A program made the translations under genes and the position numbers. The notes below the pieces were generated by a model. The model saw nothing but the letters and a program-made list of their open reading frames with translations. It had not been told where the DNA came from and did not search any database. A stretch of DNA of 64,000 nucleotides from Alphaproteobacteria bacterium (lineage in GTDB: Bacteria; Pseudomonadota; Alphaproteobacteria; RF32; CAG-239): positions 19,915 through 83,914 of the forward strand of contig JAFUSH010000040.1 in the NCBI GenBank assembly GCA_017471705.1, written 5' to 3'. This document shows positions 48,310 to 56,914 of this stretch, in pieces. How positions within the stretch are numbered: the stretch's first letter is position 1; each line of letters begins with the position of its first letter.

Positions 48310-48984
48310 ATGACTGATGACATATATTCGGATATTGGTTTTGCCAAGCTTGATTTGAGTCGTGAGACAAGAACCGGATTGCCGGAAACCGTTTATTGCG
48401 CAGGTAAAACAAATGAGCAGCTCTTGAAAATATTGCAAACTTTTCAGGAAAAGAATGTTGCCGTTCTGGGTACTCGTTGCAGTAAAGAGCAATATAACTT
48501 TGTGAAAGAAAGCGGATTGCCGCTTGTTTATGGTGAACTTTCGCGTGTTATTAAACTCGGCGAAAATAAGACAAAAATGAGAGGCGTGTTGGCGGTTTGT
48601 GCTGCCGGCACCGCTGATTTGCCGGTAGCGGAAGAAGCAGCTGAAGTAGCTGAATTTACCGGTATAACTGTGGAGCGATATTACGATGTCGGCGTGGCAG
48701 GATTACATCGTCTGTTATCCAAAATCGAGGAAATCAAAAAAGCTGATGCGATTATTGCCGTTGCCGGTATGGAAGGTGCGCTTCCGAGTGTGGTCGCAGG
48801 TTTGGTTTCGGCTCCGGTTATTGCCGTACCGACTTCGGTCGGATACGGAGCTTCGTTTCAGGGTTTGACGGCACTCTTGGCTATGCTTAATTCTTGCGCC
48901 GAGGGTATTTCGGTGGTTAATATTGATAACGGTTTCGGGGCGGCGATGGTGGCGCGTAAGATGTTAAGAATAAAGGAAAAATAA
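48310..48984 (+). CDS. larB: Nickel-pincer cofactor biosynthesis protein LarB (NaAD carboxylase/hydrolase, PurE-like)
   Basis: FAKLDLSRETRTGLPETVYCAGKT, VCAAGTADLPVAEEA and AVAGMEGALPSVVAG. Confidence 0.85.
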   Translation: MTDDIYSDIGFAKLDLSRETRTGLPETVYCAGKTNEQLLKILQTFQEKNVAVLGTRCSKEQYNFVKESGLPLVYGELSRVIKLGENKTKMRGVLAVCAAGTADLPVAEEAAEVAEFTGITVERYYDVGVAGLHRLLSKIEEIKKADAIIAVAGMEGALPSVVAGLVSAPVIAVPTSVGYGASFQGLTALLAMLNSCAEGISVVNIDNGFGAAMVARKMLRIKEK

Positions 48985-50208
48985 ATGGCGAAATACTTAT
49001 ATTTTGAAGGCGCTTGCGGTATTTCCGGCGATATGACTGTCGCGTCATTGTTGGATTTGGGAGCGAGTCGGGAAAAACTTGATAAAGCAGTTGAAAGCTT
49101 GCACTTGGAGGGATTTCATTATCATATCAAGCGCAAAAATTCATACAGTATTTCCGGTCTGGATTTTGATGTACATTTGCACCATCACGATGAACCTCAC
49201 GAGGAACATTATCACGAGCATAGCCACGGCGAACATCACCGCGAACACCGGCATTTAAGCGATGTTTATGCCATTATCGACCGTGCAGATATAACCGAAA
49301 AGGCACGGACTTTAGCTAAGAAAATTTTTGATATTGTAGCCGAGGCGGAAGCCAAAGCGCACGGCGTCGATAAAAAGGAAGTACATTTCCACGAAGTCGG
49401 GGCCATTGATTCGATTGTTGATATTATATCCGCCGCCGTATTGCTTGATGACTTGGCAATTGATAAGGTTATTGTTACCGGTTTAAGCGAGGGAACAGGG
49501 ACAATTATGTGTCAGCACGGCGAATTGCCGGTGCCGGTTCCGGCGGTGATGAATATTGCAGAGGCTCATCAAATACATTTGCGTTCTACCGCTAATATAG
49601 GTGAAATGGTAACACCAACGGGTATTGCGATTATTGCCGCATTACAGCCGCAAAATGAATTGCCGAGGATTTATAAAATAATAAAATCCGGTATCGGTCT
49701 GGGTAAACGCGATTTCGGACACGCAAATTTTCTGCGTACGATGATTATTGAAGACGTTCAAAATACCGATACTATGTTTGCTTTAGAGAGCAATATAGAT
49801 GATTGTACCGCGGAAGTACTCGGGTTGGCAATGGAAAAAATTATGAAAGCCGGTGCTTATGATGTACATTTTGAACCGTGTTATATGAAGAAAAACCGTC
49901 CGGCGTATATATTGCGAGCCATTACTTCTGCCGATAAGTTAGAAGCGGTGGAATATGCCGTGTTCAAATATACGACAACCATCGGTTTGAGAAAATATCC
50001 GGTTGACAGAACTTGTATGAAGCGTAAAATTATAAAAGTTTCACTTGAATGCGGAGAGGTTGAAGTCAAAGTTTCGACTTTTAAAGACATTGTGCGCTAT
50101 GCGCCGGAATTTGAAAGCGTTAAGAAGTTAGCCGAGGCAACCGGTAAAGATTTTCATTTTATCTATAATTCGGCGCAACAATTGGCAATGAAAAATGAGG
50201 AAAAATAA
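48985..50208 (+). CDS. larC: Nickel insertion protein LarC
   Basis: YFEGACGISGDM start, His-rich stretch HLHHHDEPHEEHYHEHSHGEHHREHRH and HFHEVGAIDSIVD. Confidence 0.85.
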   Translation: MAKYLYFEGACGISGDMTVASLLDLGASREKLDKAVESLHLEGFHYHIKRKNSYSISGLDFDVHLHHHDEPHEEHYHEHSHGEHHREHRHLSDVYAIIDRADITEKARTLAKKIFDIVAEAEAKAHGVDKKEVHFHEVGAIDSIVDIISAAVLLDDLAIDKVIVTGLSEGTGTIMCQHGELPVPVPAVMNIAEAHQIHLRSTANIGEMVTPTGIAIIAALQPQNELPRIYKIIKSGIGLGKRDFGHANFLRTMIIEDVQNTDTMFALESNIDDCTAEVLGLAMEKIMKAGAYDVHFEPCYMKKNRPAYILRAITSADKLEAVEYAVFKYTTTIGLRKYPVDRTCMKRKIIKVSLECGEVEVKVSTFKDIVRYAPEFESVKKLAEATGKDFHFIYNSAQQLAMKNEEK

Positions 50209-51035
50209 TGACAGACGGATTACATCTTAAATTAGAGAAGCTACAGGCATATTTCAAAGAACTCGGTTCGGTGGCCATAGCCTTTTCGAGCGGCGTAGAT
50301 TCAACTTTTATGTTAGCGGTAGCTTCTGATATATTACCTAAAGATAAAGTTTTGGCTTTGACGGCGGCTTCGGAGTCTTTTCCCAAAAGAGAATTGAACG
50401 CTGCCCGTCAGTTTTGTAACGACAGAGGAATTAAGCATATTGTTTTCAGTTCGGAAGAGTTGAATATTGAGGGATTTAAGCACAACCCCAAAAATCGCTG
50501 CTATTTATGCAAACGCGAATTATTTACTAAAATCAAAGAATTGGCGGTGCGGAATAACATAGAATATGTTTGCGAAGGCTCTAATACCGACGATTTGGGA
50601 GATTATCGCCCCGGTTTACAAGCTGTTGCCGAACTTGGCATTAAAAGTCCTCTGCGTGAGGCAGAATTGACGAAACAGGATATTCGCAATTTATCAAAAG
50701 AAATGGATTTGCCTACTTGGAATAAACCTTCATTTGCTTGTTTGGCTTCGCGTTTTGTATACGGTGAACTGATTTCCGAGGAAAAATTACAAATGGTTGA
50801 TAAGGCGGAACAACTGTTAATAGATTTAGGATTTTCCCAAGTACGAGTTCGGATTCACGGCAAAATCGCTCGCATAGAAATTCTGCCGGAAGAGTTTGCA
50901 AAAATTATAGAATCGGAAATAAGAAAGAAAATCAATACGAGTTTTGCCGAATATGGCTTTTCATACACCGCACTTGATTTGAAAGGTTATCGCACAGGTT
51001 CAATGAACGAAACAATTCTAAAGGATGTTAAATGA
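50208..51035 (+). CDS. larE: ATP-dependent sacrificial sulfur transferase LarE
   Basis: PP-loop AFSSGVDS plus CYLCKRELF and the SFACLASRF Cys motif. It shares 1 nt with the larC stop. Confidence 0.85.
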   Translation: MTDGLHLKLEKLQAYFKELGSVAIAFSSGVDSTFMLAVASDILPKDKVLALTAASESFPKRELNAARQFCNDRGIKHIVFSSEELNIEGFKHNPKNRCYLCKRELFTKIKELAVRNNIEYVCEGSNTDDLGDYRPGLQAVAELGIKSPLREAELTKQDIRNLSKEMDLPTWNKPSFACLASRFVYGELISEEKLQMVDKAEQLLIDLGFSQVRVRIHGKIARIEILPEEFAKIIESEIRKKINTSFAEYGFSYTALDLKGYRTGSMNETILKDVK

Positions 51036-52129
51036 CAAGACGTGAATTTTTACTGGGCAGTGCCGTTATCTTAACCGCCGGCGGCGCCGGATATCTTAAT
51101 TTGGCAAAGTTTGGGCATTTACCCGACAAAATAAGTATGGTGAAGATTAATAAATCGCCGCATTACAGAAACGGAAAGTTTCAAAATCTGCACCATACCG
51201 AAAAAATGACCGGACAAGGCGGATTTTTCGGTACAATGTGGGATTTTTGGTTTGGTAATCATCCAGATACAAAACCGACTAAAATTATTCCGGCGGTGAA
51301 AACAGATTTAAAAAATTTACCGTTAAATGAGGATTTGCTGGTTTGGTTCGGACATTCCTCCGTTTATTTTCAATTAAAAGGCAAGCGATTTTTGATTGAT
51401 CCGGTATTTTCGAATAATGCGTCACCTCTGCCTCATAATGTTGTACCATTTAAGGGTACTGATATTTATTCGGCGGATGATATGCCGGAGATTGATTATC
51501 TGATTATCACTCACGATCATTATGATCACTTGGATTATGAAACAATTATTGCCTTAAAATCGAAAATAAAGCACGTTATCACCGGTTTGGGAGTTGGTTC
51601 GCATCTCAGATATTGGGGCTACGACAATGATATTATAACTGAACTTGATTGGTTTGAAAGTACGGATACTAAAGACGGTAAAATATATTGTTTACCGGCG
51701 CGTCATTTTTCGGGAAGATTGTTTGAATGCCGCACTTTGTGGGCATCATTTCTGATTGAAATGAATGGCTTTAAACTTTATATCGGCGGAGATTCCGGTT
51801 ATGATAATCATTATAAAGCCATCGGTGATAAGTTCGGCGGCGTTGATTTTGCTCTGCTTGAGGCCGGACAATATGATAATAATTGGCGCTATATTCACGA
51901 ACACCCCAAAGAATTTATTCAATCGGCAACTGATTTGAAAGCCAAAAGAGTTATTCCGGTGCATAATTCAAAGTTTTGTATTTGCAATCATCCGTGGTAT
52001 GAACCGTTGGACAAGATAAGCGAGCTTGCCGCTGATGTAGATTTAAACCTTAATACCCCGAAAATCGGTGAAATTGTAAATTTAAGTGAAAACCGGCAAT
52101 TTGCTGCGTGGTGGAAAGAATTAAAATAA
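51032..52129 (+). CDS. Tat-signal MBL-fold metallo-hydrolase
   Basis: MTRREFLLGSAVILTAGGAG leader and ITHDHYDHLD (HxHxDH). ATGA overlap with larE. Confidence 0.8.
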   Translation: MTRREFLLGSAVILTAGGAGYLNLAKFGHLPDKISMVKINKSPHYRNGKFQNLHHTEKMTGQGGFFGTMWDFWFGNHPDTKPTKIIPAVKTDLKNLPLNEDLLVWFGHSSVYFQLKGKRFLIDPVFSNNASPLPHNVVPFKGTDIYSADDMPEIDYLIITHDHYDHLDYETIIALKSKIKHVITGLGVGSHLRYWGYDNDIITELDWFESTDTKDGKIYCLPARHFSGRLFECRTLWASFLIEMNGFKLYIGGDSGYDNHYKAIGDKFGGVDFALLEAGQYDNNWRYIHEHPKEFIQSATDLKAKRVIPVHNSKFCICNHPWYEPLDKISELAADVDLNLNTPKIGEIVNLSENRQFAAWWKELK

Positions 52130-52162
52130 TTATTATGTGTCATTTTAAAAAAGGAAAAAAAT

Positions 52163-52909
52163 ATGAAAAAAGTTACTATTTTAACAATTATGATGTTGCT
52201 TGCAGCATCATCGGCGCTGGCGGCGAATAATTCAAATGCTGAGCTTACAATCACCGCTTTATGGCTTACGGCGTTTTTAACCGCCGTTGTTCACACCATA
52301 ACCGGACCTGATCATTATTTGCCGTTTATAGCCATTGCCAAAAGTCGCGATTTCAGTTTAAGAAAAACGTTACTTTGGACTTTTATCTGCGGTTTGGGAC
52401 ATATAGGCAGTGCGCTTTTGATTGCTCTCGGCTTTGTGTATTTGTCGCATTTTTTAACGGATACGCAGTTTACGTGGATTGAAGATAATCGTTCTGATTT
52501 GGCGGCTTATGCTTTAATCGGGCTCGGCGGTGCATATTTGTTATGGGCGCTGCGTCACAGATGGCTGCATAAACACGGTCAGTCACACCATCACGGATAC
52601 GCTATGCACGGCGGAACCGAAACTAAGGATAAAAATATTACCGTCTGGGTTGTGTTTATTATATTTGTTTTAGGTCCTTGCGAGGCTCTGCTTCCGATTT
52701 TGACAGCCTCGAGCGTTATGGGTATTCCGGCTGTTATCAGTTCGACGGTAATATTTTCTGTTGCTACGATTGCTACTATGATGATTGCTGTTACACTGGG
52801 GTATTTAGGTATATCAGCCTTGCGTTTTAAAAAAGCGGAGGCATATGCACACGAACTTGCCGGTGTGACCGTTATGGCCTGCGGTTTGTTAATTTTATGC
52901 GGTCTGTAA
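52163..52909 (+). CDS. Membrane protein resembling NicO/RcnA-type nickel/cobalt transporters
   Basis: Signal-like N-terminus, HTITGPDH motif in the first TM helix and a His-rich loop (HRWLHKHGQSHHHGYAMHGG). The family call rests on context and motif only. Confidence 0.5.
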   Translation: MKKVTILTIMMLLAASSALAANNSNAELTITALWLTAFLTAVVHTITGPDHYLPFIAIAKSRDFSLRKTLLWTFICGLGHIGSALLIALGFVYLSHFLTDTQFTWIEDNRSDLAAYALIGLGGAYLLWALRHRWLHKHGQSHHHGYAMHGGTETKDKNITVWVVFIIFVLGPCEALLPILTASSVMGIPAVISSTVIFSVATIATMMIAVTLGYLGISALRFKKAEAYAHELAGVTVMACGLLILCGL

Positions 52910-52930
52910 TCGGTTTTGATACTTTCAATG

Positions 52931-52958
52931 GATATCCCTCGGTTTACAGAGGGATATC
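52931..52958. terminator. Hairpin between convergent genes (terminator of the long operon)
   Basis: GATATCCCTC (52931-52940) pairs with GAGGGATATC (52949-52958) as a perfect 10-bp stem, followed by TTT. Confidence 0.55.
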
Positions 52959-52998
52959 TTTCAGCCGTTCATCGGAAGCGTTTAATTTTATCCGATAT

Positions 52999-53655
52999 CT
53001 AATGTAAATCGGGATAAATGACTTCCTTTATCTCACTTTTAATTATTTCTGACACGCGGTAGGATTCTCTTATTTTTTGCAAAGATTTGCCATACGTTGC
53101 TTTGTCCAGATGACATTGCTTTGATTTGAGGTAGTTTAAGCATTTTTCGGGATACTTTCCCATAACTGTCGCTATTGCCCAAGCCACGCCCATTTGGGAA
53201 TAATAAGCATCGGTATTCAAATTATCCAAAACCTTAATCACGCGGTCAATATATACACCATTCAAATAGTGCGACAGCAACATCACCGAAACAATTCGGC
53301 TTTCAAATTCTTGGTTGGAATGCTGATATTGCATTACAAAATCCCAGACTGTTTCCTGATATTTGCGGGCAATTTTGAAGTTCTGGCACAAAGAATCATT
53401 AATACTCCAATCGTCAACATAAGGAACAAATGCCTTAAAATATTTCAGCAAAATATTAATATCATCTTTGGCATAACCGATAACAAACGCGTGCAGAAGT
53501 TTGAGTTCAAAAGCAGAATAATCGTCATTGTCCAAAAATTCGCAATAGTTATCTTTAGCAACTTTTTGCGCCAGTTTCCTAAGCTCCGGTACCGAAATCC
53601 CGAAAGTCGTCCGTTTTATGCCGTTTAATTCTTGTTTTATTTGCGCTAAATTCAT
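52999..53655 (-). CDS. DNA alkylation repair protein (AlkD-like HEAT-repeat)
   Basis: 218 aa, helical. SVPELRKLAQKV, the WSINDSLC-type DxW...D segment and AWAIAT resemble the PF08713 family. Confidence 0.7.
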   Translation of the reverse strand: MNLAQIKQELNGIKRTTFGISVPELRKLAQKVAKDNYCEFLDNDDYSAFELKLLHAFVIGYAKDDINILLKYFKAFVPYVDDWSINDSLCQNFKIARKYQETVWDFVMQYQHSNQEFESRIVSVMLLSHYLNGVYIDRVIKVLDNLNTDAYYSQMGVAWAIATVMGKYPEKCLNYLKSKQCHLDKATYGKSLQKIRESYRVSEIIKSEIKEVIYPDLH

Positions 53656-53865
53656 TTTTTATTCGTCAATTTTACCGTCCCAATCTTGAACATTTGAAGT
53701 ATGTTCGTGCAGAATTTTTAATCACATAATCTATCATAGCAAATATCCATAATTAAAATTTAACACCATAATACGCACAAACCATTGAGAGTCAAACAGT
53801 TTGTAAAAATTATAGCCAATCTATGATGTGCATTTCGTTGAGGTTATTGACATTCAAATATAATA

Positions 53866-53892
53866 CCGTTAAATTCGTAAAAAATTTAACGG
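53866..53892 (+). promoter_or_regulatory. Perfect 10-bp inverted repeat abutting the SD of the downstream gene
   Basis: CCGTTAAATT (53866-53875), cgtaaaa, AATTTAACGG (53883-53892). The 3' arm overlaps GGAGG (53891-53895). Confidence 0.35.
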
Positions 53893-53901
53893 AGGTTAAA
53901 A

Positions 53902-54387
53902 ATGAAACATTTAGTTAGTTTATTCTGTGCTTTGTTAATGCTTGTGGCTTGTTCTAAACAGCCTGATAATAATATTGAAGCACACAAAGCGGCAATGAAA
54001 CGCTTTGAAACAATGATTAACACCGCAGACTCAAACATTGCCAAAGAACTTGTTGCTAATGATGCTCCGTTCTATACGCCTGCATCGCCGACACCTCTTT
54101 ACGGCGGCGAAGGTTATCTTTCGGTTGTTCATTGGATGCGCCAAAGTTTTCCTGATGTTCAATGGAAATTAGAAGAAATGGTTGCCGAAGGTAATGTTGT
54201 TGCTGTCCGTTGGACATTAAGCGGCACTCACAAAGGCGAATTTATGGGAATGCCCGCAACGGGTAAACATTTCTCCACATCAGTTATGAACTTCTACTAT
54301 TTCAATGATGAAGGCAAAGTTGTTAATGATATTGCCGCCGAAGGTATGATTGGCATTCTTCGAGGCATCGGAATGTTGGATAAGTAA
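53902..54387 (+). CDS. SnoaL-like ester cyclase family lipoprotein
   Basis: Lipobox LMLVAC. FPDVQWKLEEMVAEGNVVAVRWTLSGTHKGEFMGMPATGK is typical of ester cyclases. Confidence 0.7.
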   Translation: MKHLVSLFCALLMLVACSKQPDNNIEAHKAAMKRFETMINTADSNIAKELVANDAPFYTPASPTPLYGGEGYLSVVHWMRQSFPDVQWKLEEMVAEGNVVAVRWTLSGTHKGEFMGMPATGKHFSTSVMNFYYFNDEGKVVNDIAAEGMIGILRGIGMLDK

Positions 54388-54435
54388 GATAAAACCGAGC
54401 GGTTAAACTCGGCTTGGTTTTGTTGATATTTTATA

Positions 54436-55530
54436 TTATTTCACTTTTTCAATAAAGCTCTTAATATCTTCGGCAAATGTCTTTGGTTGTTCAAGAGCGG
54501 TAAAATGTCCGCCGCGCGGCATTTGCGTATATTGCACAATCGGATAATGCTTTTCTATCCAATCTCTCGGTGCAGGCAAAACATCTTTCGGAAATGCCGC
54601 AATCGCTACCGGAACGCTGATTTTATCCATCGGCGGTAATGTCCAAGTATTACCATAATACACACGTTGTGAAGTGCAAGCTGTATCTGTCAGCCAATAA
54701 AGCGTCAAACAATCGCACAAATCATCTTTGCTTAAAAGCTCCCAATCGCTCCACGAATGATATTTTTCTATTACCCACGCCGCCAATCCGACCGGCGAAC
54801 CGGCAAGTGCATAAGCCAAAGTTTGCGGTTTTGTGCTGTGAATATTGATATACGCCGCTTCATCACGCAGCCATTTATTCGCGCGGCGTTTATAATCCAA
54901 TTCTTCCGGTGTTAATTGCTCGTCTTCTGCTGTTAAAAGCTCTTTAACCATACCGATATCAGTCAAATGAATACCTTTAACTTCATTCGGATAATTTGCC
55001 GCCAAATAACAGGTTACACCGCGCCCCATATCGCCGCCAGATGCAGCATACTCTTTATACCCCAAAACCTCGGTCATTAAAATATGCCAAATCTCGGCAA
55101 TTTCCGCATTGTTGATAAAACCTTTTTCCGGTAAAGTCGAAAAAGCAAATCCGCATAATGACGGCACAATTAAATCATAATCCGGTAGCAAATCAAAAAG
55201 TTTGGCATAACGCAAAAAACTATCCGGCCATCCGTGTGTCAACAATAACGGCATCGCGCCTTTTTTCGCCGATTTAATGTGAAAGAAATGAATCTTTAAG
55301 CCATTTATCTTGGCAATAAATTGCGGATATTGGTTTAATTCATTTTCTTTTTTGCGCCAGTCATAATCATTTTGCCAATAATCCAACAACTCGCGCAAAT
55401 ATGCTCTATCCGTGCCGAATTGCCAACTTTCATTAGCCAAATCCGGCGGGAAGCGTGTATCTTTTAATCGTTGCCGCAAATCTGCAAGCCGTTCTTCCGA
55501 AAAATGAATCTCAAACTTTTGCACAGTCAA
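54436..55530 (-). CDS. Epoxide hydrolase (EHN N-terminal domain plus alpha/beta hydrolase)
   Basis: F.IHFSEERLADLRQRLKDTRFP N-domain, LLLTHGWPDSF and the GGDMG nucleophile elbow. Confidence 0.85.
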   Translation of the reverse strand: MTVQKFEIHFSEERLADLRQRLKDTRFPPDLANESWQFGTDRAYLRELLDYWQNDYDWRKKENELNQYPQFIAKINGLKIHFFHIKSAKKGAMPLLLTHGWPDSFLRYAKLFDLLPDYDLIVPSLCGFAFSTLPEKGFINNAEIAEIWHILMTEVLGYKEYAASGGDMGRGVTCYLAANYPNEVKGIHLTDIGMVKELLTAEDEQLTPEELDYKRRANKWLRDEAAYINIHSTKPQTLAYALAGSPVGLAAWVIEKYHSWSDWELLSKDDLCDCLTLYWLTDTACTSQRVYYGNTWTLPPMDKISVPVAIAAFPKDVLPAPRDWIEKHYPIVQYTQMPRGGHFTALEQPKTFAEDIKSFIEKVK

Positions 55531-55556
55531 ACTATCCCAAAAACGTAAAGAAGAAT

Positions 55557-56480
55557 TTACTTTACGTTCTTTTTCAAAAATTCTTTCATTAATTTAGCAA
55601 TTTCTTTGTAATGTGATTCAAGAGCAAAGTGTCCGCTGTCAACAAAATGGATTTCGGCATTCGGCAAATCTTTCTTAAATGCTTCGGCTCCCGCCGGAAT
55701 AAAAGACGGGTCATTTTTGCCCCAAACTGCTAACAGAGGCGGCTGGTAATCTCTGAAATATTTCTGAAATGCCGGATATAGTGCAACGTTGCTTTGATAA
55801 TCAAAAATCAAATCATTTTGCATTTCCGCACGTTCCGGTAACTGGACATAAGCATAATCCAAAGTATATCCGTCCGGTGATACGCTATTCTCAGGCGTGC
55901 CGAAAGTATATTGTCCGATAATGGTATCAAGAGCATAAGCTGAAGCGTATTGCGCCCGAAGTTCCGATGTCGGATTTTTCCAATATTCCTTGCGTGCTTC
56001 CCACTTTTTACCTAAACCTTCTTCATAAGCATTGCCGTTTTGCGAGATAATTGCTTGAATCCGTTCCGGATGCCACATCGCAAGGCGATAACCTATAGGT
56101 GCGCCGTAATCAAAGACATACATTGAATATTTATTTAATCCGAGTTTTTCGGTAAAACTATCAACTACTTTGGCGAGATTATCAAAGTTATAGGTAAACT
56201 TATCGCGTGACGGAGCTTCCGTCTGTCCGAAAGAAGGATAATCCGGAGCAATCAAATGGTAATCATCGGCTAACTCCGGTATCAAATCCCGAAACATATG
56301 ACTGGCACTCGGAAAGCCGTGTAAGAGCAGAATTGCCGGCTTATTAACATCTCCGGCTTCGCGATAAAAAACTTTAATACCGTCTACATCGATTGTTTTA
56401 TATTGCACTTGTTCTGCTGCATTCACCGCATTTATCATTAACATCAATGCTCCAAAAAATAAAATTAATTTCTTTAACAT
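55557..56480 (-). CDS. Secreted alpha/beta hydrolase
   Basis: Signal peptide MLKKLILFFGALMLMINAVNA, LLLHGFPSASHMF and the FDYGAPIG elbow. Confidence 0.8.
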   Translation of the reverse strand: MLKKLILFFGALMLMINAVNAAEQVQYKTIDVDGIKVFYREAGDVNKPAILLLHGFPSASHMFRDLIPELADDYHLIAPDYPSFGQTEAPSRDKFTYNFDNLAKVVDSFTEKLGLNKYSMYVFDYGAPIGYRLAMWHPERIQAIISQNGNAYEEGLGKKWEARKEYWKNPTSELRAQYASAYALDTIIGQYTFGTPENSVSPDGYTLDYAYVQLPERAEMQNDLIFDYQSNVALYPAFQKYFRDYQPPLLAVWGKNDPSFIPAGAEAFKKDLPNAEIHFVDSGHFALESHYKEIAKLMKEFLKKNVK

Positions 56481-56727
56481 TTCTACCTCTATAAATGATA
56501 ATATATTGAGTTATTAATTTATATTTGCAAAAAATTCAAACAATTTTTAATTCTGCTGATAATTTCAGGTATACACAAAATCACAACATTTTGCCAACCT
56601 CAGGGCATCAAAATTATTTTGTGTGTTTTATAAAGTAAAAAGCACTGTAAATTAATTATAAATCGCCGTACGGTGCAGTGAATTTTCTTCGTCGCTTCAA
56701 ATCTATTCTCATAATTTTTAAAACAAT

Positions 56728-56750
56728 AAAATCCCCATAAAGGGGATTTT
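56728..56750 (-). terminator. Terminator downstream of the tRNA
   Basis: AAAATCCCC-ataaa-GGGGATTTT, a 9-bp stem with a T-rich tail on the minus strand. Confidence 0.6.
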
Positions 56751-56760
56751 ATTGCTTTAT

Positions 56761-56837
<77 letters not shown>

Positions 56838-56914
56838 ATATGCGTTGACAAGTGACTACATAATATATTTGCTCATCTTTGTCAAGCCTTTAATTAAAAA
56901 AAACTGATTTTATT

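Noticed and set aside
49171-49254. His/Glu-rich low-complexity stretch as a repeat expansion or artefact
   Set aside because: It lies in-frame within LarC, where a His-rich nickel-binding region is a known family feature.
53194-53628. 144-aa plus-strand ORF
   Set aside because: It is antisense shadow within the AlkD-like gene, with no SD and an Ile/Asn/Phe-rich nonsense-like translation.
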